Under the pieces are notes generated by a model. That model saw nothing but the letters and a program-made list of their open reading frames with translations. It did no database searches and had not been told where the DNA came from. Position numbers and translations under genes: made by a program. Shown here piece by piece: positions 1 to 32,400 of a stretch of DNA of 64,000 bases (position 1 is the first letter of the stretch; the number at the start of each line of letters is the position of its first letter). Source of the stretch: Macrostomum lignano (taxonomy: Eukaryota); NCBI GenBank assembly GCA_002269645.1, contig NIVC01000944.1, forward strand, positions 124,001 to 188,000, written 5' to 3'.

Positions 1-417
1 CTTGTGTTGGAACCCTCTCGGTTCGGCTTGGATGTGGAAGATTGTAGTTGGTTCACTTGTGTTGGAATTCTCTCGGTTCGGCTTGGATGTGGAAGATTGT
101 AGTTGGTTCACTTGTGTTGGAACCCTCTCGGTTCGGCTTGGATGTGGAAGATTGTAGTTGGTTCACTTGTGTTGGAACCCTCTCGGTTCGGCTTGGATGT
201 GGAAGATTGTAGTTGGTTCACTTGTGTTGGAACCCTCTCGGTTCGGCTTGGATGTGGAAGATTGTAGTTGGTTCACTTGTGTTGGAATTCTCTCGGTTCG
301 GCTTGGATGTGGAAGATTGTAGTTGGTTCACTTGTGTTGGAATTCTCTCGGTTCGGCTTGGATGTGGAAGATTGTAGTTGGTTCACTTGTGTTGGAATTC
401 TCTCGGTTCGGCTTGGA
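1..417. repeat. 55-bp tandem repeat, ~7.5 copies, truncated by window start
   Basis: Unit CTTGTGTTGGAA(CC/TT)CTCTCGGTTCGGCTTGGATGTGGAAGATTGTAGTTGGTTCA repeats head-to-tail with no unique spacers. Confidence 0.95.
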
Positions 418-614
418 TCTCTTTTATGTCAGATTTTTGCGTTTGACATGGCATGGCATGATTTAGACTAGGGCTTTCTAGTCTACTGCAGGCGTACCTG
501 ATTGAGTTTTGGTTACTGTCTTGGGGGATTGGCTGGTTGCGGGTGACGGATGATGAGTCATGCTGCTTTCTAAAACCGTTGGTCAGTTGACTTTCTGGTT
601 AATGCATTGCAACT

Positions 615-742
615 AACATGTGAATTCTATTTTTAGATTCTTTTATTTTCAAGCGCATGCTCACCGTTCAAAAATAAGAACATGGGAATTCTATTTTTAG
701 ATTCTTTTATTTTCAAGCGCATGCTCACCGTTCAAAAATAAG
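615..742. repeat. ~64-bp direct tandem duplication (2 copies)
   Basis: AACATG(T/G)GAATTCTATTTTTAGATTC...CCGTTCAAAAATAAG occurs twice in tandem. Confidence 0.85.
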
Positions 743-1484
743 TAGAATACTCCACACTCTACACAATAGGCTGTTGCCTTCGTGCTTTTTTGCTCATTTA
801 GTCGTAAATCTGTCAAAAGAAACTTAAATTTACGCTCATGCTTTTGCACCGAAGTTCTTGATGGCTTCTCTCGTTTAATTAGCCTGAGAAAAGCGGCTCA
901 GCTGAGAAGTTTATGAGGCACTTTAAGCCAATTTTTGAGACACCGGAGGCCTTATAAATTTAAAAATACTTCAAGATAAATGCAAAAAGTCGGCTTAAGA
1001 TGGTTTAGCGTCTAAATTTTGTGCGACAAGCGTCTCTACTCGTGATGTCTGTATCTGGCGGTTTACCTGCTCAAAAGCGGCTTAAGTGTAACATTTATCG
1101 CAAAAAACTTAAAGTGTCACTGGCGTAATGTTGCTATACTCGTATCGTTGCGATGTAGTAACTCCATTGGTTTGAAATGCTTGGACACTAAAAGTACAGT
1201 ATGAGGTAGAAGCTCTTTCAACAACGAACTCAAGTTGACGGATGTCCATAGGGCTTTATGAAGGCTCTATGATGAGTAGCTTGAAAGAAAGCTCAGGCCA
1301 TATTTTACCTTGGATCCTTATAAGATCCTTATATTTGAGTACCAAGACATTGTATTGAGAGTCAACGAAATTCTACTGAGTCTGCCGAGAACTGCATTAG
1401 ATTTGTATAGGCAGTGAAACTTGAACTATGCAGTAATTATGTCTTCATTGACTCTTCTGCTTCTGCACCGATGTAATGTTTCAG

Positions 1485-20282
<18,798 letters not shown>

Positions 20283-20292
20283 GTAAGTGCGG

Positions 20293-20708
<416 letters not shown>

Positions 20709-20727
20709 CATTTCTCGATTTTAAAAG

Positions 20728-20817
20728 TGCGAATCGCAGAGGAACTCGAAGACCAAGGGCTCATAACACAACTCAAGTTAAGCGTGGATTCTATCGGAGA
20801 GGAAAATTTTTCAACAC
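20728..20817 (+). CDS. Candidate next exon of gene A (LRIAEELEDQGLITQLKLSVDSIGEENFST)
   Basis: AAG acceptor and GTGAG donor give an open 90-nt phase 1-1 exon. No clear homolog in B, so uncertain. Confidence 0.4.
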
Positions 20818-21388
20818 GTGAGTTTCTTCTATTATTGAATTTGATTTTGACTGTATGCAGCTTGCATTGCCAACATTTTAAATTCTGAGTTACGATTTGC
20901 CTGAGCAAAACGGATCGGTCCTGCAGGTAAGCAAACAGGTACGGATGTTAATAATAACATCCTTGCAATCTTACGCAACACTTTAGTAGTGTAAAACATT
21001 ATTCATTTCGAACTTCAATCGATTCTGTTTTTGTATTGTGCGCATTTTTGCATCCTTGGGACACTTTTGCTGCAATTACTGTGCAATCATTTCCTTCAGC
21101 CTAAATGTAATTCCTGACTTTTATATTTTGCTATTTTTTATAATGCAGTTCGATTTGAGTAGCTGCCAATTGCTGTGTTGCTCATTAATTATCCAATCCG
21201 AAATACACGCTACTCTGGTGATGAAAAAAATGTTTTGGTTGATGGCTTTGTCAGAATTCATTTTACAGATGGAGGAGCCGTGGCGATGCAATGTTCGTCT
21301 GAATCAGCAATTGTGGTTTTCATTCCGGCATTGCGAAACGCAAAATTGATTTTAAAATTATAACACCCAGAGACTTTTACACTTTTAG

Positions 21389-22400
21389 ACTTTATTCCAA
21401 TCTCCAAAGTCCCAGAAATACAATCCCCAAAGTTCCAGAGATCTAATCTTCAAAGTCCCAATCTCTGAAGTCCCAGAAATCCAATCCCTAAATTTCACGA
21501 AATCCAATCTCCAAAGTCCCCAAATCCAATCTCCAGAGTCCCAATCTCCAAAGTCCCCGAATCCAATCTCCAGAGTCCCAATCTCCAAAGTCCCAATCTC
21601 CAAAGTCCCAATCTCCAAAGTCCCAATCTCCAAAGTCCCAATCTCCAAAGTCCCAATCTCCAAAGTCCCAATCTCCAAAGTCCCAATCTCCAAAGTCCCA
21701 ATCTCCAAAGTCCCAATCTCCAAAGTCCCAATCTCCAAAGTCCCAATCTCCAAAGTCCCAATCTCCAAAGTCCCAATCTTCAAAGTCCCAATCTCCAGAG
21801 TCCCAATCTCCAAAGTCCCAATCTCCAAAGTCCCAATCTCCAAAGTCCCAATCTTCAAAGTCCCAATCTCCAGAGTCCCAATCTCCAAAGTCCCAATCTC
21901 CAAAGTCCCCAAATCCAATCTCCAAAGTCCCAATCTCCAAAGTCCCAATCTCCAAAGTCCCAATCTCCAAAGTCCCAATCTCCAAAGTCCCAATCTCCAA
22001 AGTCCCAATCTCCAAAGTCCCAATCTTCAAAGTCCCAATCTCCAGAGTCCCAATCTCCAAAGTCCCAATCTCCAAAGTCCCCAAATCCAATCTCCAAAGT
22101 CCCAATCTCCAAAGTCCCAATCTCCAAAGTCCCAATCTCCAAAGTCCCAATCTCCAAAGTCCCAATCTCCAAAGTCCCAATCTCCAAAGTCCCAATCTCC
22201 AAAGTCCCAATCTCTAAAGTCCCAATCTCCAAAGTCCCAATCTCCAAAGTCCCAATCTCCAAAGTCCCAATCTCTAAAGTCCCAATCTCCAAAGTCCCAA
22301 TCTCCAAAGTCCCAATCTCCAAAGTCCCCGAATCCAAAGTCCCCGAATCCAATCTCTTCAAAGTCCCCGAATCCAATCTCGCTAGCCCCCGAATCTAATA
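21389..22400. repeat. 15-bp satellite (AAGTCCCAATCTCCA)n, ~65 units, between genes A and B
   Basis: Direct reading. Confidence 0.95.
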
Positions 22401-23356
22401 TGCAGGGACGGACATGTCTGATGCTACAAGCGTATTAAAGACTAATAATGATGCATAGAATTCTAACCAAGGACCACTAGGAGTTACCGTTACAACTAGT
22501 AGATACAACTGGAGCAAACCTCAGAGTGAAGAAGGAATAAAGTGACGCTATAGTTCGCATGAGGCTGCTCAAGCCTAAGTTGGCGAATTTCGATACTTCA
22601 ATTACAGTAAATGCTTTGAAATGCCAAGCAAGTGAGAAGTGGTAGCTGGTGCATCCGGAATAGCACCAGTGCAGATGGCAGATGGTCTGCCTCGGCAGAA
22701 AATTCGTGTCACGAAACAGTGCGGTCACATCAGTCCCTGTAGAGCCGGCTGCTCTAGTCACAGAGGCACCGAATCTGATGGCATTTAGCAAGAGTACTGC
22801 GGAGTCGTTATCTTCTCAAAGTAGCTGTGCATAAGGTGAAAGAGGTTCATAAACTTGCTAACGTCTGGCATTCTGTCAAGAATTTGCTTCTAGAACGCAT
22901 CACTGGGCGAACAAAAGGACCAACATCTTGACTGGTTGAAGCATGAAATTCAAAATCCTAAGCGTCTGGAATCACTCAAAATGCTGGAATCCAATGCAGG
23001 TGAGGCATTGGACGAGAGTCTCTGGACCCTGCTTAAATGCAGCTCTCTCGGCGGGAGTTCGGGATCCAATCGTACAGCTATCACCTCTCTGAGCCAGTCT
23101 CACCTTTCATCAGTACTAGCTGTAGTCGTTGATCGCACCTGCCTTTGTTCTGCCGCGATGCCCTTTGTAAACAAGGCCTTTCTGAAGAGCCGGCGTGGCG
23201 TCTTTACTGCAAACCCTTGCTCAAGACTGTTTGCTCACAATTCGCAACAGCTGCTGTATGAGAGCCGTAGAGTTTTCTGCCCAACAGGACTTTTCCCAAG
23301 CCAGCAGCAAGTCTCGCCTAGCAGCGAGTGGAATTGCTGCGAGTCCGAGGCGCTCG

Positions 23357-23367
23357 CTGATTGGCTG
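23357..23367 (-). promoter_or_regulatory. CCAAT box (NF-Y-like CAGCCAATCAG) 138 nt upstream of the gene B ATG
   Basis: CTGATTGGCTG; the identical 11-mer lies 159 nt upstream of the gene C ATG. Confidence 0.5.
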
Positions 23368-23494
23368 ACACACTCTCTCTCCATGAGTATAAAGACGTCA
23401 GCGACGCCTTCTGAGGCCGGATTACCGCCAATTCTTCGATTTCCAGTTTCTGTAAAACTAACAGGCATTGAGCACTAATCCGGTGAAAACCGCC

Positions 23495-26400
23495 ATGACT
23501 GACTCCAGTCAGCTCAGCAAGCTGGCATCCGTGCTTCTCATCTTGATGGCCTCCTCGGCTCTAGCTAGCGAAGGTAAACACTGCTCAGCCCGTATCAAAC
23601 TGAGATGTGTATATTTGACTAGCTATTTAAAATGTATGGGCACAAGTGTATTCTCATAGATCTTAAATTCATCAACTCGTGAATGGGCGTTACCTTTCAA
23701 TATGACGCAGTAGCTGGGATACAGGTGTGGTGGTAACGCTGTGGTCGAATCCTTGACTTGGGACTATAGAGTATTTCGTGCTAAATGACTTGGGACTATA
23801 GAGTATTTCGTGCTAAATAACTGGAACGACGAGTCGAGGCACGTGTTCATACCAGTGCCTTTGGATGCTCAGGTGTCAGCGGGAAGACATTCTTACATGT
23901 GGTTCCTCGTCGGCTGTCGCCAGGTGCTGCAGTGCCCGCAGACTTCAAACAGTTCCTCGACGCTGGGCCTCTCTAGTAGCAATTCCAATCTTTCAGAAAT
24001 CCCGTGCGCCAACATCAGCATCGACTCATCCAAGCACTTGGCCTTCGTGAGCAGCTCTGACGGATCGCTCAACGCTTCCGACAGCCAGGTGAACGTCACC
24101 TGCCGCGCCGGTGTGGGCGCCTACTTCGCCAATAGCAACGAGTCCAACTGGCTGCAGCTGGACTGCCGCAACGGCAGCTGGATGCAGACCTTCTTCATCG
24201 CCAACGACACCCGACCGGAAAAGCGACTGCCTGCCGTTGATCTGGGCGACACTGCGCCATCCGTGCCCGACTGTATTGGTAAATTCTGGGCTGGTTGGCA
24301 AGATAGTGGGTTTGCTGCGGCAAGCAATGATATAGTGCTCACAACGGAAAAATTGTTTGCGAGCAAGAATTGACATTGATTTATCGCATGTTACAAGGAT
24401 GTCAATGGCTAGCCTAAAACGCGATTTCAGTTGGCAATTTCCACCGTCTCAGTTTCCACCTCCTGTTTGAGACACTCAAGCACGCCACTCTGAGTGACGC
24501 GTATTCAAACAGACATGCATATTTTTTTAGTCTGACAAACACTCAGATTACTCTAAACTCCGAAAGCAGTGCAGGGTTTAAATCTCTAATTGAATGTTGA
24601 TAGATATGTTTGGTAAGATACTCGTACAAGCGCACGTTTTGAATTTGACTACAGCAAACATTTCGTAGCGAAGTGTTCCATTAGGAAATATTGCTTCAGC
24701 TTAACCAATGTAGGACAAGAATGCACCCAACTGTTCCAGCGCACGTTTGCGGCTCGCCGGTTGTTGCCCCAAGCCTGACCCGGGTCTCCGCCAGCACGGG
24801 CCTCTTCAACTTGGCATATTCCTTCGGGGCTCGGCAGGTGCTCCAGTGCCCCACACTGCACGGCTACAGGTTCAAAGGGATCAGCAATGTCAGCTCGTTT
24901 AACTCGGCAGAATTGATTTGCGGCTTCCGTGGCTGGGCCGTGTTGCTGACGGGTCCACGCGGTCAGGTCTCTAATTATACTGCACCTGTTCCCGAGCTGC
25001 GGCAATGCGAAGGTCAGTGACCACATCTGCAGGCTGTAGAGGGTCGATGGGTTTGACTTCCTATCGTGTTCGATTATGCGGTTGGGACTTAATTTAATAG
25101 AGTGCTAACATTTTTGCTTCATGCAAGCAAAGTTAAAAACTTGTGATAACAAATGAATGAAATGTAAAAAACCGACAGTGGGGAGTTTGTTAAAAGACTA
25201 ATCGAGTCTCCCCCTTCGGGGCGGCCAATAAGCAAGAGACGAAAATTATTTATGTGAATCCAACTAGCCTTGACATCTCAGCAATTCTCCCAGCAAGCCT
25301 TGACATCTCAGCAATTTCCCCAGTAAGCCTTGACATCTCAGCAATTTTCCCAGCAAGCCCTGACATCTCAGCAATTTTCCCAGCAAGCCTTGACATCTCA
25401 GCAATTTTCCCAGCAAGCCTTGACATCTCAGCAATTCTCCCAGCAAGTCTTGACATCTCAGCAATTTTCCCAGCAAGCCTTGACATCTCAGCAATTCTCC
25501 CAGCAAGCCTTGACAACTCAGCAATTTCCCCAGCAAGCCTTGACAACTCAGCAATTCTCCCAGCAAGCCTTGACATCTCAGCAATTCTCCCAGCAAGCCT
25601 TGACATCTCAGCAATTTTCCCAGCAAGCCTTGACATCTCAGCAATTTTCCCAGCAAGCCTTGACATCTCAGCAATTCTCCCAGCAAGCCTTAACATCTCA
25701 GCAATTTTCCCAGCAAGCCTTGACATCTCAGCAATTCTCCCAGCAAGCCTTGACAACTCAGCAATTTCCCCAGCAAGCCTTGACAACTCAGCAATTCTCC
25801 CAGCAAGCCTTGACAACTCAGCAATTTCCCCAGCAAGCCTTGACAACTCAGCAATTTCCCCAGCAAGCCTTGACAACTCAGCAATTTCCCCAGCAAGCCT
25901 TGACATCTCAGCAATTCTCCCAGCAAGCCTTGACATCTCAGCAATTCTCCCAGTAAGCCCTGACATCTCAGCAATTCTCCCAGTAAGCCTTGACATCCGA
26001 CAAGAGGGAAGATAATGTTAGCAGAGATATGAGAGAATAGGAGAGATAGCTCATTGAGATTCTTATGCGGCAAAGTGTGTCCTAAAATATCAATTCCGAT
26101 TTTGCTCAATTTTCTGAAGGAAAACTGCCCAAGCCTGTCATATTTTCTCACGAAGCAGCTTGAAATATTTGTCACATTGTCTGTCAGACGAGCACAAAAG
26201 GTTCGATGTTGGCGCAGCAGCGTGTTTGCCTTGCATTCACTGAAAATTTGGCTCACATAGCATGCAAAAACCAACACTGCGCATGGCAAGTCTCATTAAT
26301 TCATTTGGACATTGCACAAGCACGGGCCACAGCTTACTGTCTGTTTCGCGCATTTTCCAGAATCCTCCTTTCCTGCTGCTCACTTTTGACTAATCTCTTA

Positions 26401-29400
26401 AGCAAAAAAGGACCACTAAAAGTAAAGCGCTGGAGAATGGTCCCTGCTTGAGCTGTATTGGAAAACCCCAGCTATTTGCATTCTTTGACAGTGCTGCAAC
26501 TCAGCAAGCATTAGGCCCTTAAAAGTCAATGGTATTTTTCTGGCGGCATCTGCACAGTGTTCTCATCGCAAACCCGAGGAGTATCCGTGAGCATTGGTGT
26601 GCAGCTCTGTTGCTAGCGACCGTCTGTTTTGAGAAGTTTTGCAGCTGTTTGAGAAAAAAAACCTATACTCATCCTGAGTCTTTCCGAAAAGCTGTTTTTT
26701 CTTCTATTTGCTTCTTTCCCTTGAGAAATATTCAACCGAAGGATTAGCTTGATCGGTCCGCTACTTACTGTTGGCAGCGTCAAGGAAATGAAAAAGAAAA
26801 AGCATTCTTAATATGGAGAGGCTGGGCCAGTGAATTCCGTCACCTGCGCGCAGTCTCGCGTTGCATGGAGAGAAATTTCTCAGCAGAATTTGACGCTGCG
26901 AGGCGATGCAAAACAGCCGCGGCATTGAAGATAAAATTTCTGAAAACTCGAGCAAAACTGCTTGGCAATGCAAGCGGAATTTTGGAACATTTTTTTTCAT
27001 TTCGCAATAAAAACTACAACTTCGGCAAATAATCGTAGGACTGAAATGTTTTTGCATCGAAGCCAACACAACTCGTTGCAACGACGTTGTTTCGCACTGC
27101 AACTGATGGTAACAACAGAAGCAGTGCCAGTTAATTGCGGGGCCAATCGCTTAGTTATAGCTCGTAATTAACTTTTTCAACTCTTGTGTCTGTATTTAAA
27201 ATTTTAATAAGTGGCTCAAAAGCAACTGAAGGCACATATTTTTAAATCTTCCAGTGGCTCCGTGCGCCAAGTTTTTTGTGGATCCAGCTCATCACCTCGT
27301 CTTCGTAAGCAGCCCCGACGGATCGCTCAACGCTTCAGGCAGCCAGGTGAACGTCACCTGCCGCTCAGGTGTGGGCGCCTACTTCGCCAATAGCAATGAG
27401 CCCAACTGGCTGCAGCTGGACTGCCGCAACGGCAGCTGGATGCAGACCTTCTTCATCGCCAACGACACCCGACCGGAAAGGCGGTTTTCCGCTGTTGATC
27501 TTGGCGACGCTGCGCCCGCTCTGCCCAGCTGCATTGGTGAGCGCTTGTTACAGGCTGCTAATATCTTTGAGTCACTTGAAATAAAAATATTGTATTCACA
27601 AGTCTCTAGCTATCTTGTACTCAGGAAGATAAGTCTAACGCTCCTAAGTAGTGACTCTGGGCCAATGACGCTCCTAAGTAGTGACTCTGGGCCAATGACG
27701 CTCCTAAGTAATGACTCTGGGCCAGTGACGCTCCTAAGTAGTGATGACTCTGGACCAGCGACGCTCCTAAGTAATGACTCTGGGCCAGTGACGCTCCTAA
27801 GTAATGACTCCGGACCAATGACGCTCCTAAGTAATGACTCTGGGCCAGCGACGCTCCTAAGTAGTGACTCTATGCCAATGACGCTCCTAAGTAGTGGTGA
27901 CTCTGGGCCAGTGACGCTCCTAAGTAATGACTCTGGGCCAGCGACGCTCCTAAGTAGTGGTGACTCTGGGCCAGTGACGCTCCTAAGTAGTGGTGACTCT
28001 GGGCCAGTGACGCTCCTAAGTAGTGGTGACTTTCGTGTCGTAGCAATAAGAAAGACTCTTTTCTATTTGAGAGAGCTCTTAGCTGAGCGTAGAATACGAG
28101 ACTTCAACTGGTAGCCAAACCGGCCTTTATATTATATTGAATATGACCGACGGCAACATGCCGCCTACATTAGGAGTACAGCGCGATCAAACTTCAAGCT
28201 TTAGCATATACGAGCTAGAATAGAAAGATGCAACGTGCCGCGCGTGCACACTAAGTACGAGTACATTGGTAATGAGTACACTAGATACTAAGTACGCAGA
28301 TACGCAACGCGAGTCAGAGATAGTTAGTGAGCCCCGCCAAGCGGCGCCACATCCCCTCACCACCGAGGAGTGAGCCGCTCGGGGGGAACTTCTTTGTTTC
28401 CGCGTTCGCTACGCCTCGGCGCCGCCGGCACCTCGATTTCGGCGTTGGGGCTGCCCGGCCGCGGAGTCTCGGGCTCGACCGGAGTCTCCTCAGCCGCTGT
28501 CTCTGGTCCGCACCCGGTCGCTTGCCCCTGCCCTGGCGTGACCGTCGAGTCGACCGGCAGCGGCCGAATTTGGTCTCGATGGGCGAGGACTGGCCGGTTG
28601 TTGTCGCGAATGATCACCGCCGTGTTGCTGCCAGCTTGGACCACAAAGCGAGCGGGCTCGGCCGTTGCCTTGGAGCTTGGCTGGTAAACAACTGGTGCGT
28701 CGACCTCGAAGGTCATCGTCAGTGGACTCCTCAGCTGTCGGCCCATCAGCGCCGACGGGCTGCCCCGGCCGTCGCTCCTCGCCGTCGACCGGTAATTGAG
28801 CAGCAGCTTGGCCAGGTACGCTTCGAAGGAGCCGCGGTGCGCTGCGAATGCCCGGAGCCCGTGTTTCACCGTCTGGACCATGCGCTCAGCACAGCCGTTG
28901 GACTGCGGATGGTACGGCGGCGAGTGCACCAGGTTTGGACGTACCGCGCGTAGTAGTTCGTGAGCCCCAGGAAAGATTCAAGCTCCTTGCGGTTCGTCGG
29001 CGCACGGGTCTGCTGAACTTTTTCCACCAGCTTCGAGTCGGGCCGAACACCATCAGCGGAGATCTTGTACCCGAGGAATGAGATCGCGGTGCTTCTGAAG
29101 ACGCACTTATGCTCGTTGATCTGCATTTCGGCCGCCTTGAGCTTGCGCAACAGTTTCTCGACCTTCTCGTCTAGCTCGGCCTCTGACCTGGCTCCGACGC
29201 AGACATCGTCCTGGTAGATGACCAGGTTCGACACCAGACCACCGACCGTTGCTTCCATGGCCGCCTGAAACTGTGCGCTCGCCGTCTTCACGCCGTAGGG
29301 CATCCTTGTCCAGCATGGCAGTCCAATCGGGGTGTTGATGGTGAGAATTTCCTTTGAAGCCTCGTCCAGCTCGAGCTGATTGTACGCGTCCGCCAGGTCG

Positions 29401-32400
29401 ATGGAGCCGAAGTGAGACATTCCCGCAAGCTCGCAGAACGCCGTCTCGATGTTGGGCAGCGGATATGAATCAGCACAGATCTTGGGGTTCACCCCGATCT
29501 TGTAGTCGGCACAGATCCTGATGTCGCCGTTGGGCTTCCTCACGACCACGATCGGAGACGCCCACTGACTGCCGCCTGGCGCGACTGACTCCAGAACGCC
29601 GCTGTCGACGAGCTTCCGGAGCTTCGTGATGACCAACGGCTTCAGGTGAATGGGCACTGGTCGCGCCTCGAAGTAACTCGGCCGGACATTGTCCCTCAAA
29701 AGGATGCGCGCCTTGAAGCCATTCAGCTTCCCGAGAGGCGTTTCCTGCGCTTGCCCCACGTGTTTGAGGCAGACAGCGTCCAGATCGAACTGCAGGAGGT
29801 CCGTGCCGAGGAGACCGTGGGTCTTGCTGCAGGCCGCGACCGTGAATTCCACGCACGCAATCTTGTTCTCCAGTTCGACAGCCGCAGTGAAGCTGCCGAG
29901 AGTCTTGATGATCGAGCCATCGAACTGGCGAAGCTGGCGCCTGCACTTCCGCAGCCGGGGCTCGCCGAGCTGCTTCCAGAAGTTCTGTGGGATGATGCTG
30001 CTGTCCGATCCCGAGTCCAGCTGCATCGCCAGAGCGTGATCGTCGATCAGCACGGTCTTCAGACTGCTGGTCTTGTGCTGCTGGGTTCTACTGACAGAGA
30101 AGATGGGCCCATCCTCCGTTGTCTCGGCCGCCTCGACTTCGTGAGTTGATCTGGGGGCGGACTTGCATACCGCCGCGAAATGGTTGCGCTTGCTGCACTT
30201 GTTGCAGGTCTTGCCTCGAGCTGGGCAGCGGCCGGGTTGATGTTGCATTCCGCAAGAGCTGCAGGTTGCTCGTCCATCCCGCCTGTTCTTGTCGATGCTG
30301 GCGATGGAAGCCGGCGCTGGGGCTGCAGTCTCCCCTGTCTTCTGACTGTCCGCGCCGCCGTACTGCTGGATCAACTCGAGTTGCTGGATGAACTCGACGC
30401 TGCTGTCAAGAAGAGCCACCGGCTGCGATGAGCCCTGAATGTGCTCTAGAATCCGGCTGCGGTGCTGCACGCTGTGCAACCCGCTGACGAGCATCGTCTG
30501 CATGAGTTCGTCCTCGGCAGTCTGGTGGCTGTCCTCCGCATTCAACTGGTCGAACTCGCAGAAGCGGGCAGCATCCCGAAGTCTCTGTGCGAAGGCCTGC
30601 ACTGACTCAGTCGGCTCCTGGCGCATCGACATGAATTTCGATCGTTCAGCGATGACGAGCTTCTTCTTCGGGAGAGTCTTCTCGATTATTAATTTTTTTA
30701 TATCTGCGAAGTCCATCTCCTCCAGCTCCTTAGGCTTTGCCATGACGCTGACTATCCGCACTGCATTCACGCCGGCTTTCGCTAGGAAGAGGTCAGTGAC
30801 CTGCCGATTGTCCGTGAGATTTTTGCTGCGGCTGAGAGCAGCAAAGCTTCGTAGCCAAGCTTCCGTCATTGCGGGGTCGTTCAGCGGCAGATCATCTGCT
30901 CGCGACGCCATTGTCGTGTCGTAGCAATAAGAAAGACTCTTTCCTATTTGAGAGAGCTCTTAGCTGAGCGTAGAATACGAGACTTCAACTGGTAGCCAAA
31001 CCGGCCTTTATATTTTATTGAATATGACCGACGGCAACATGCCGCCTACATTAGGAGTACAGCGCGATCAAACTTCAAGCTTTAGCATATAGAATAGAAA
31101 GATGCAACGTGCCGCGCGTGCACACTAAGTATGAGTACATTGGTAATGAGTACACTAGATATTAAGTACGCAGATACGCAACGCGAGTCAGAGATAGTTA
31201 GTGAGCCCCGCCAAGCGGCGCCACAGTGACTCTGGTCCAGCGACGCTCCTAAGTAGTGGTGACTCTGGACCAGCGACGCTCCTAAGTAATGACTCTGGGC
31301 CAGCGACGCTCCTAAGTAGTGATGACTCTGGACCAGCGACGCTCCTAAGTAGTGGTGACTCTGGGCCAGCGACGCTCCTAAGTAGTGGTGACTCTGGGCC
31401 AGCGACGCTCCTAAGTAGTGGTAACTCTGGGCCAGTGACGCTCCTAAGTAATGACTCTAGACCAGTGACGCTCCTAAGTAGTGATGACTCTGGGCCAGCG
31501 ACGCTCCTAAGTAGTGGTGACTCTGGGCCAGCGACGCTCCTAAGTAGTGGTAACTCTGGGCCAGTGACGCTCCTAAGTAATGACTCTAGACCAGTGACGC
31601 TCCTAAGTAGTGATGACTCTGGGCCAGCGACGCTCCTAAGTAGTGACTCTGGGCCAGTGACGCTCCTAAGTAATGACTCCGGACCAATGACGCTCCTAAG
31701 TAATGACTCTGGGCCAGCGACGCTCCTAAGTAGTGACTCTATGCCAATGACGCTCCTAAGTAGTGGTGACTCTGGGCCAGTGACGCTCCTAAGTAATGAC
31801 TCTGGGCCAGCGACGCTCCTATGTAGTGGTGACTCTGGGCCAGCGACGCTCCTAAGTAGTGGTAACTCTGGGCCAGTGACGCTCCTAAGTAGTGGTGACT
31901 CTGGGCCAGCGACGCTCCTATGTAGTGGTGACTCTGGGCCAGCGACGAGGCTCCAGAATTAGAGACGCTGGAACGCGGACACTCCAGAATTAGGATGAAG
32001 AAACATCGGGAACAGACGCGTTGCTATATTATATGTTGTATTTTCTGCTTCCGTCCCTGCGGACCGCAGACGGGATGATCAGGGGTTCGGGTACTGGACG
32101 GCCCAGAGCTTGCCGGGTGGGATAGGCGAGAGAGTGGCGACCTCCGAGGCGTACGGACACTTTGAGGTGGAGTTGGAGAGGCTGGGAGCGTACAGACACT
32201 CGGCCAGCCCCACGGAGAGAGGTAGATGCAGATGAGGAGGCTGTGAGCAGGTAGCCACTCAGCAGCAACAGCAGAGGTGAGCACGGGTCTGGAGGCGTAC
32301 AGACACTTCGCAGACCCGAAGAAAGACGGTGGCGAGAGAGGTTAATAATGGAGACGGGACAAATTAACGAAAGCGAACGCTGATTTACTGGGCGGGGTCA

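Larger units (their letters stand above)
28031..31225 (-). mobile_element. Ty3/Gypsy (Mag-like) LTR retrotransposon, internally deleted, 3,195 bp
   Basis: LTRs at 28031-28351 and 30912-31225 differ by ~5 substitutions and one 7-nt indel. 5-bp TSD GTGAC; PBS-like TGGCGTCGCGAG; PPT GGTGAGGGGA; gag-pol ORF on the minus strand. Confidence 0.95.

Noticed and set aside
21269-21363. GPI-signal-like terminal exon for gene A (DGGAVAMQ..LILKL*)
   Set aside because: The hydrophobic tail is weak and interrupted by R/K, the linking exons are ambiguous and B has no counterpart; unsupported without cDNA.
22477-23478. ORFs 22477-22791 (-) and 22936-23478 (+) upstream of B
   Set aside because: No recognisable motifs, lack the codon bias of the true exons, no splice context.
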